DNA from: Trypanosoma brucei
Lineage: Eukaryota
Reading direction: 5' to 3'
Length of the DNA: 64,000 nucleotides
Assembly (NCBI GenBank): GCA_000002445.1
Contig: CP000067.1
Span: 1,472,001 to 1,536,000 of the forward strand
The position numbers and the translations under genes are program-made. The number at the start of each line of letters is the position of its first letter. The first letter of the stretch is position 1. The notes beneath the pieces are model-generated. The model was not told the origin of the DNA. It was given only the letters and a program-made list of their open reading frames with translations, and did no database searches. Positions 55,729 to 64,000 of this stretch are shown here, in pieces.

Positions 55729-57135
55729 TTAATCACAACAGAATTTCTTCCTGTTGATGTCGTATATTACTTCTCTTCCGGAAAGCATCTTTCTTCCTCC
55801 GTTTTTTTTCATCAAAGTCGCAACCTTTTTCATCTTTGCATGGTGTCTTCGTTGTGTGTATTGTACATTCATCTGCTGGTTTGGGTTGCTCTTCTGGTTT
55901 TCTTTTTTTGAGGGCATGAGGAGCTGGCTAGGTTTTTCCTTGTTTCTCGCTAGTAGACGATTTTTTTGACAGTGTAATTTGTTTCTTCTGCTGCTAGGTC
56001 GTCTATTGAGGTTATCTGTTTCAGATGTTTGTCACCTGCGTTGCATGTTTCTGTTTTGGTTTGGTTTGAATTCCCGCGTCGGCTTCGTGATTGCTTCTTC
56101 GACATTTCTTTGATCTTTGCCATACTCTTGTTCTAGTAGCTTTTCTGCTTCTTCTTTTCACTTGTCTGTAGTGTACGTTGTTGTTACTTTTTTTAAGATC
56201 CTTGTAATGGCTCCTGTAAGTGTTGGTGTTGTAGCTTGTTCTTTTAAGTTCATTCCTTGTCGTGTATAAGTTAGATCGCTCATTGCTATTTCCATTTACT
56301 TGATTTCCTGGCTTAGTTTTGTTAGTTTGTTTCTCGTGGGCAGCTCGTTGTCTGTTATGCTTCAGGTGTCATAGTCACTGCTGCTGCTTCCGGCTTCTCG
56401 TGCCAACGCTTTTGGCGTTGTTGTCAAGAGCGTACCGCTTCTGAAGCCGATGTTGGTCCCCTCTGCGGCGCGCTGACACGTCTCTGATTGGAATGCCTTT
56501 GTTCCCATAGTCTCAAAGATTGTTAGGTCGTCGGTTAGCCTGGTGCCTGCTGGTCTTGGCTTGATGGTGAAGATTGGTAGGCGGTTTCGTTGTCTAGCTG
56601 GGGTTTCTAGTTGTTCCTTCGCCTTCCTAATGCCTTGGTCCGTCGTACACTCTCCTGTTGCCGTTTGCGACAGCGCCGCCACGAGATGCTTACCAGTTTC
56701 TCCCAGAAAAGTGTTTGCTTCCGCGCTGTCTATGTTTGGAAAGTTTAGCTTTTGAAGTTCTGCCAATAGTTCTTGCGTTCCAGTTAGTTCTTTGACGGCA
56801 CCGATTCCTGATACAACCGCGTCGTATTGAGCGGCCGCTTTGTTGAGAGATGTTTTTGTTGCCGCTGTCAGTTTAATTTGCAGCAATGTTGTCCCGAACT
56901 GGGAGTTTGTCGCTTGTGCTGCTATTGCCACTCGCAGCCGAGCCGCTTCGAGAAAGTCTGCTTGGGCGTTGGCTATCTGATTTTTTAGTTTTCGTTCGGT
57001 GGCTTAAGCTAGGGCATTAAGATAGTCCGCTGTGGTGCAGAGGTCTTCCACCTTGTGCATGGCGTTGTTGATGGTAGACGTAGCTGTGAAAAATCCAGCT
57101 GCTAGGGCGGCTGCAAAAATGGTTGCTCGCATCAT
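55729..57135 (-). pseudogene. VSG pseudogene (stop after the signal peptide; frameshifts; degenerate C-terminus of the same subtype as the 40090 locus)
   Basis: The reverse complement of 57,000-57,135 gives MMRATIFAAALAAGFFTATSTINNAMHKVEDLC... then a stop. 56362-56931 is a 189-aa N-domain piece. The 3' end 55,730-55,860 is homologous to 40,090-40,200. Confidence 0.6.
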
Positions 57136-59849
57136 TCTGTGTGTCTTTGGAAATTCTTTGGCCCGTTCTTGAGACTGACGCGTTGCTTCCGCCTTCGGGT
57201 TTTCGCAGTTTTTTGTTGTCTAGTGAAGTCTTTTGTAGTAAGTTTGAGGGAGGGTCTATGTGGCTTCGGTTATACAGTGTGTTTTCTTAAGAAAAAGAGA
57301 TGGCTCTGCGTCGTTTCACATGGCTCTTGTGTCTTTGTGCCGAAGTCGTTGCTATACCTCCATAAATTCCCTCGACGTTTGCATTGGCTGCACTCAATTT
57401 CTGTTTCTAAAATACTGCTCACTTGTATCTGATAGTATGATTTTCTGGTGTTGTGGCCCTTATTAGCCTATCTGTGGCGTTGGTGAAAACGGTTGTGCGC
57501 CCTGTGCCTACTGCAGCTACTTATACTTCGGTATTTGGAGTAAAATTTGTCGGCCTCTAAAAATCGTTTCAAATCCATTGTTGACGCTGCATCGCCGTGC
57601 GCTACTCGTGTGCCATCATTCACTACTTGAGCCGGGTACGGCTCTGATGTGTTCAGTATAACCGAAAACTACGTTATGCACTTGCCCGAGGCGGCACTGA
57701 CTCCGCAGCTGGCTATTGTTGCCACATGTTTGGTTTAAATCTTAGTATCGTTGTTTTTTGTAGCTAGTTTAAGCTAGGAGGTGTCCTTTGCTGGTTGCCG
57801 TAGGCGTTAATTCCGCCCCCAGGGTTTGTATGTTGCTGGTAAGATCAGATTAGTGTTTTCTCATCTGCTGCATTGCCACTGTAAGGGAGAAACTGATGTT
57901 GTCGGCCGTTATTGCTCGGTTTGGCTTAGAATGCCGGTAGCTGATGGTGCCCTGCATTGACGTAAATGGTACGCACAACCTTCTGTACCTGATGCTTGTT
58001 CAGGCGTAATTTCTGAGTACTTTTCTATGAATTGGTTTTTGTGGCTTGCCTAAGTTATAGGTGCCTTGTCGGTTCCTTTCGTGCTGCTTTCAGCGACAGC
58101 TATTGTTAAGACGGCTACTACCGTTGTTACTCTTCTGTTCTCGAGAGTTTTGGAACCTGACATAGTTTTGCAGATTGTGTGCGTCCTATAGCCATTGAAC
58201 AATTCTTTTTTGGGTTGTATAAGCTGTGCTCCATTTTAATTTATCACGGTGTTCCAGCGCCGCCATATTCGCTTAATTTCTGTTTATTGCAGCTGACGGC
58301 GCTTTCCCTGTGTGATGCGTTTACTCTTTTGGCGGAACTCACAGTAAAAGATTTATAAGTATTTGAGGCCATATAGGCATTCTTTGCCTGCTTTTTGCTT
58401 GAAGTGACCACTAGCTCGGTTTTCTATTTGATAGTTTCTTACGGGCTTGATTCCTCTTCTTGATGTTTTATCGCTGCTGCTATGAATTTGCTTGTAGGTA
58501 TTAAGTTTTGTCTGACACCTTTCATATATTTGGAAGGTCTGCGGTTTATTCATTGCTTTATTCGCGGCATTGGTTGCCATGGTCGAGTATTGTTTGTGGA
58601 TGAATTTAGTGCTGTTCAATTTTTTTTACTTTTTTCAGTAATATGCGGCGATTATGAAGTGAGAATACTGCAGAGCCGCGCGTGTTAAATAGTTTTAATA
58701 AAAAAGACAGTTAGTTAAGCCGTAAATATCAAGTCCTTAATTCCAAACCATTCCGTACCATATCAATATCTAACCATTTAACCTTTATTATCCTTAATAT
58801 CTTCTAAAGTCACATACTTTAAATGTTTTGACTTTAGTCAAATTAACAAAGCAATATCTGGCTTTTTCACGAATACGATTTGGCTTTTATTTATGCTTGT
58901 GATTACCTTGGTTTTTCTATATGGCGTTTAGGGTTAATAACTTGTCTATGTAAAGTGCCTTATTCGCTAACTTTTTTAATCAGGTCCGTTATTTTTCTAT
59001 CGGTAACAACTTTTATGTGAATTTTTCTATTTAAATTGTGTCAGCGGCTGTCTGTAACATTGACAGTGCAGTGTAAGGCCTGACCTATAAATTTTCTCTA
59101 CTTTATAAAGATCATAAGGACCTTTATACACGTGCTACTTAGAATCTTTCTGCGCTCTCATTTTCTTCTGTTGGACACAGAAATCCGTCGATACTCCTCG
59201 GTAAAGATTTTTTCCTCATAATATTATATTATTCGAAACAAATGTTGTTTCTTATTACAGTATCTGGAAAAAATACTTTGATATCGCTTCACACTTACCC
59301 ACGCCGTTTAATAATTTTCTCCTTCTCCTCCTTCTTTCTGTTCCTCTTCTTAACCGCACATTACGATACACCATCAGATTAAAAATAATGGTCCCCAACA
59401 TTATCCCCGCCTTAGCATCGATACGTTTTTTATTAAAAGACTGGATAACATTGTTAACTCTTGACGTATCATTTTCTTCTGTGCTGTTTTGTATTATGTT
59501 ATCGCTCATCATATTTTTTCCTTCTCTTTTCGTTGCTACCACTGTCTCCGTGGGTGACATAGTGTCTGCACCTACCCTTTACACCGGACTCTGCTACTCC
59601 CTAATATAACTCCCACTCATCTCCTTGTGCATGATGATAACTTTCATCGTTTTTTTTTGAAGTTGCGTGAACCCCATCTCTTTATCTCTCCATGCCATTC
59701 TGCATTCACTTCAGTAATATTTCTCGTGCTCTTCCACCATCTCTAACTATCCGTCCAACTCACTCTCAGTCACTAGGTCTCATTTTCCCCTTGTATTTGA
59801 TTCATGTGCTTGTATTTTTGGCTTTCACTCGCTTTTTTCCTATATTATT

Positions 59850-59930
59850 CTAAAATTAGTATATACATAACTCACAATGCTATCCTATCATTATCATTAT
59901 TCTTATTATTAATAATACTATTACCCTAAA
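59850..59930 (-). repeat. 70-bp-repeat-like element
   Basis: taaaattagtatatacataactcacaatgctatcctatcattatcattattcttattattaataatactatt. Confidence 0.55.
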
Positions 59931-60131
59931 TAATATACATAAAATAACCATAGCAAATGTTAGAATAGTACTTATTTTTCATACCCTATAACCTTACTTA
60001 TGTAAACACAGAAAACACTTTCATATAAAAATCTCATTTTTCAAACGCTTTGATAAAAGGTGTCAAAATATAGCAAAACTCTAAAAAATAGAAAATTCAT
60101 AAGAGAAGCAGCAATCAGAGCAATTTTTTAC

Positions 60132-61760
60132 TTACGAGAAAGCTGGAATCCTTACAAGTTTCGCCTTCCTATTTACAACTTTTGTCATCTTCACATTTTG
60201 TCTTATCAGGGATGTGTCTGACACACCCAGTTGTAGTTGCTGCTCCTTCTTGGTTTTCTGTTTCTGGTCTATTCCTGCTTTAGTTTTGAATTCATTTTCA
60301 GTTTTATCATATTCGCAAGAGTCTGTTGGGAAACGGGTTTCATTGTTGTTGAATTTAGCGCATTTATTCTGCTGCTCTACTGTTTGTTGCCTGGGCGTTG
60401 TTGGTTGTGCTGGAGTTGGAAATGATCCTCCTGCTGCTGCCGCTAACCCTCCTCCAAGCAAAGCTGTCTCTATTTGCGTTTCCACAGCTGTTGGTTGAGA
60501 AAGTAGTGCCAGTTGTTCTGAAAAGATGTCTTTGATCGTGTGAAGTTTGGCTCCAGCGCTTCGAGCCTTGCCTATCCATGGAATCCCCGCCTTGTCTTTT
60601 ACTGCGCTGTGTAGTCAATGCAAGCGCCTTTGCTCGCTGTTGAGGCTAGGGCCGTGTCCGTGGCGCATGTCGGGTCGCTGTTGTGGAGCGTGTGGTGACC
60701 AAATAAATTATTTCGCTTTGCTACTAGTGCCGTGTTATCATGGCCGCTTGTTACCGCTATGAAGTTTCGGCCCATGTGTCTGAGGTAAGCGCCGAGCGCG
60801 GCGTTTAGTGCTTCGCTATTTAATGGCACTGTAATTGCCGTTTGCATTTCTTTGCAGTGGCTGACTAGCTTCTGCCATTGTGTTCGCGCTTTTGTTTGGT
60901 CCGCTGCGCTGGCCATCTCGTGTTCTGCTGTGTTAGCTGATTCCCCGCAATGTCGGTCGCCTGCAGCCCGAGCTTTGACTGTGCAGATGCATAGTGCATC
61001 CGTTGCAAGGGCGCCTCCTGCATTTTTACCAGGATTTATTGTTTCTGTGGCACAGTTTGTGTCCGTGTCGCCAGCATTCCACGGGAACGTGCTTGGCTCC
61101 GGGATGGCTGTGTAGGGTGCCGCACTTTCAAGAGCTGCGTCGGCGTCTTTTGGTCTTGCTGCGCTTCCATAAAGTGCTTCGATCATTTCTTGTCTGGCCG
61201 CTTTGACTATGTTTTTGATCCTTGCTTGTTTTTTGCCTATTAGTTGCTTTACATGTAAACCCCTTTTGACTAGCTCGGCCATTACTTTCCGCACCGCCTG
61301 TTTTCTAGCTCCATTTAACGGTAACTCAAACTTTTTGAACTTTGATTTATAAGGTTCCTTGTTGTTTCACAGCTTTGGATACTCGTTGAGCATTATCTGC
61401 CTCACATCCGCCGTTATTGCATCGAACTTTTGTTTCACTGAAGGCTTTGCATCTGTTAGATCTTATGGTTTTTTTATGGATTTTTCTTTACTAGCGCAGC
61501 TGCCATATCGTTGTCAATTGCTGTTAAATTGAGTGCGATAATTGTGTCTACAATTTCTTGTGCTTTGGCTTCTACTGCTTGTCTATCGGTTTCCGACCCC
61601 GCTGTTAGCACGGGGAGCGGCGGTTTCTGTATTAAGATATTGTAAAAGGTGCAGATATCTCTGAACCCTTAGACGTTTTCGTGCGTTGCTTCGGATAATG
61701 CGGTGACGGCAACAAGGCTAATCAAAAACAAAAAACCTCGCCTGCAACAGGGCATATCGG
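60132..61760 (-). pseudogene. VSG pseudogene (B-type; stop directly after the signal peptide; frameshifts)
   Basis: The reverse complement of 61,676-61,760 gives MPCCRRGFLFLISLVAVTALSEATHENV-stop. 60599-61294 is a 231-aa N-domain ORF. 60132-60485 is a C-domain fragment. Confidence 0.65.
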
Positions 61761-63486
61761 GTATCGCTCTTTGACTGAAACAGAAGAAATTAAGAGAAAA
61801 AAGACAAGTTTGCATTCAGTTTGCAACCGATTGTTTGAGTTAGTCGGAGGCTGTTCAATGGCTATCTGTACCGCGCTTACGGTGCATAAAAATAGAGTAG
61901 GCGATCCATTTTCCTAACCGTTGACATTCACTCTATTATAGCAAAAGCACTCCAAAGGCTTGTGGAATAAGTAGAACAAAAAATGATTACCATTTCTATT
62001 TAAGGTTTCAGCCGTTAGTTTTTATGTGTTTCTATCTGGTTTTCTGGATGCCTGTTTTTTCACCTATATTTTAAGTTGAAATTTATCCCGTTGATAAAAT
62101 TCTAATGCATATGCACTGTAAACCTATTAAATTTGTCTATCTCTTGAACATTAAAGACATCCCTGTGCACCAAAAAACATGACTATGCTAGTGATAACTA
62201 TAAATATACTTTTTATATTCGTCTACTTATTCTATTTGATCCAAGATTTCACTTATCGATGGTCACTATCTGAAAAAATCCATACTGGTTCTAAGATGTG
62301 CATGCCAAGGTCGGCGTGTTTGCTATTCAACAGCCTGTCACCATTATGTCTCGGCGAATTAGAGCAGCTGCTAGTTGTGCTGTTGTTTCTACAAAGGTTC
62401 GGGTAAAGTTTGGCCATTGGCGCAGCATCTGTACTGCTTTTTACCTCTTTTTTAATTTGCTTGTGTTAGTGCAGTTGGTAGTTAAGCCGCAAAATTACTC
62501 AAACATTGCTGCTTGGATATCCGATTATTTTACCCTACTTCTGTTAGCTTTTGTAGCTGTTGCAGTTTCAGCAGCTTCAACTTTCCTGCTGCAACAGAGC
62601 GGCTCCAAGTGCTGCATAACCTTTTCTGGCTGCTCCATCACTTCCGTTGTTATTGTTGTTTTCTTTTAAATTTGATCATATAGAAAGCCGTATGGGGATT
62701 AAATTAATATAGGAAATGTCTTTTAGATTTCCTTCTCCTACATTATTAAGTAAAAAGGATTTCAATCTTCTAGCTCTCCCATTTAAAAATACTTGTCGCG
62801 TCTTTGTGTACTGTAATCTAGCGAAACGAATAAATGATTGTTTCTATCTAATGACCACCCTAAATCGCTGTTATTTAGGGCTACAAAGGTCAAGTGTCTC
62901 TAACCTATTTTGTGATTCTATTATGAATTTTTCTTTGATTTTCCTTTTCGTTCTTAATGTGCATTTCCACTTGATTGTAATCTATAAATTTTGTGCTAAT
63001 TTTGGCATCTTGTGCACATTTCAATGCACTCATCAGCTTCTGTTCCCTCTTTTCTCCACCTGTCTTCGTGTGGTTTGTAACAATCGTATTTTAAACGTGA
63101 TTTCCGCCACTTTACGCTTACTCCACTGTGTTTGTTTGCTTTGAATTCATTGTAGTGAATTCATCTAAAAACTTCACTCCTCGAAGAGATATTGATAGCA
63201 TATAAAAGTGTCGATCTTAGTGACCTTTAACTTTAACCCCTTCTTTTCGTCAGTTACAGCGACTCAATTTTTCTCTACACTGAATTATATCTCCCTCATT
63301 TCCTCGTGTATTATGGTGCCCATAGTTGAGTTTGTGTTTGAATATTCTGATTTTTCATCTTTCTATCTTTCTACTTTTGTTATAGTATTTTTTGTGCTGT
63401 CTAATTCATTCACCTCATCCCATAGCGTTCTTTACATTTTTTAACTTCTTTTCGTTCTTGGTATTTTTGTGCCGGTAGTCTTATTA

Positions 63487-63540
63487 TAATTTTAGTATGT
63501 AAACACTAACAAAACTCTAGTATCATTAGTATCGTTCTTT
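63487..63540 (-). repeat. Degenerate 70-bp-repeat-like element
   Basis: cttattataattttagtatgtaaacactaacaaaactctagtatcattagtatcg. Confidence 0.3.
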
Positions 63541-63829
63541 CTAAACCATTAAGCAGAATTAGAATAACACTCATTTTCATCTCCTCTCACCCGAATATGT
63601 TACACCCACATTATACTTTCATACCAAATTTTGATATTTTTAGATTATTTGAAAATTTCACTGATTTTCTCATTTTGATCAAAAACAGTTAATATATATC
63701 AGATTTTATCATAATTTTTTTAATTATATAAAAATATCAAAAATTTTGTAAGAAAGTAGCAAGTGAGTGTAAATAATCCTCAACATGCTACTAAACTTAC
63801 TATAAAAGCAGCTACAGTAGGAGCCAATT

Positions 63830-64000
63830 TCTTATTTAGGAGAATACTTGACTCTTTCATTTTTTCATTCCATTTTCAACCAGGAAACTTTCCAGAATCA
63901 TTGTCTGCGTTTACTGCACATTTATCCTCTTTCTTTTCTTCCATTTTGGACACGACTGCCACGCAAGTTTCAACTTTATTTCGCACCCATCTTCTGTTTT
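63830..64000 (-). pseudogene. Partial VSG C-terminal/3' fragment running off the window edge
   Basis: The minus strand at 63,790-63,880 resembles VSG GPI-signal/3' end sequence (...ctcctaaataagaaattggctcctactgtagctgc...), with Cys/Lys-rich coding potential upstream. Truncated by the window. Confidence 0.3.

Noticed and set aside
1-64000. Prokaryotic features (CRISPR arrays, operons, defence islands, rRNA/tRNA)
   Set aside because: Sequence composition, polycistronic unidirectional gene layout, VSG/GPI signals, TTAGGG repeats and an ingi-type retroelement all identify this as trypanosomatid nuclear DNA. No spacer-repeat arrays or rRNA-like segments were seen.

Overview
This window looks like an African trypanosome (Trypanosoma brucei-group) subtelomeric region, not prokaryotic DNA. 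The evidence is a series of ~450-520-aa ORFs with VSG-type N-terminal signal peptides and canonical VSG GPI-signal C-termini (e.g. ...GSNSFVINKAPLLLAF..., ...SSSFLLNKKFALSMVSAAFVALLF), VSG 3'UTR 16-mers, 70-bp-repeat-like elements, TTAGGG repeats and an ingi/L1Tc-type retroelement with a 2A motif. Layout: (i) 1-4,900 is low-complexity, apparently non-coding sequence with no supportable gene. (ii) 4,880-15,150 is a head-to-tail array on the + strand of four ~509-aa genes for a GPI-anchored, VSG-fold but non-canonical surface protein (VSG-related/atypical VSG-like). The unit period is 2,747 bp, arranged A-B-B-A; the two middle copies are essentially identical, all copies share homogenised 3' ends, and the central region is hypervariable. 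(iii) ~15,150-15,550 is a convergent strand-switch. (iv) 15,550-17,905 (-) is an internally deleted ingi-like non-LTR retrotransposon remnant carrying a DVEENPGP 2A motif and C2H2 zinc fingers. (v) 18,200-64,000 is a unidirectional minus-strand VSG array of about 14 VSG loci: 4 full-length ORFs, 1 disrupted by a single frameshift, and the rest pseudogenes or 3' fragments. Most loci are preceded by a 70-bp-repeat-like element, and a beta-1,3-glycosyltransferase-family pseudogene is embedded in the array. The most unusual feature is a module found twice: a VSG and its 3'UTR, then an interstitial (TTAGGG)n tract, then a conserved AT-rich element, then an orphan VSG 3' fragment. One copy retains ~15 perfect telomere repeats deep inside the array. 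All calls rest on reading the sequence and recalling family features; no database search was possible.
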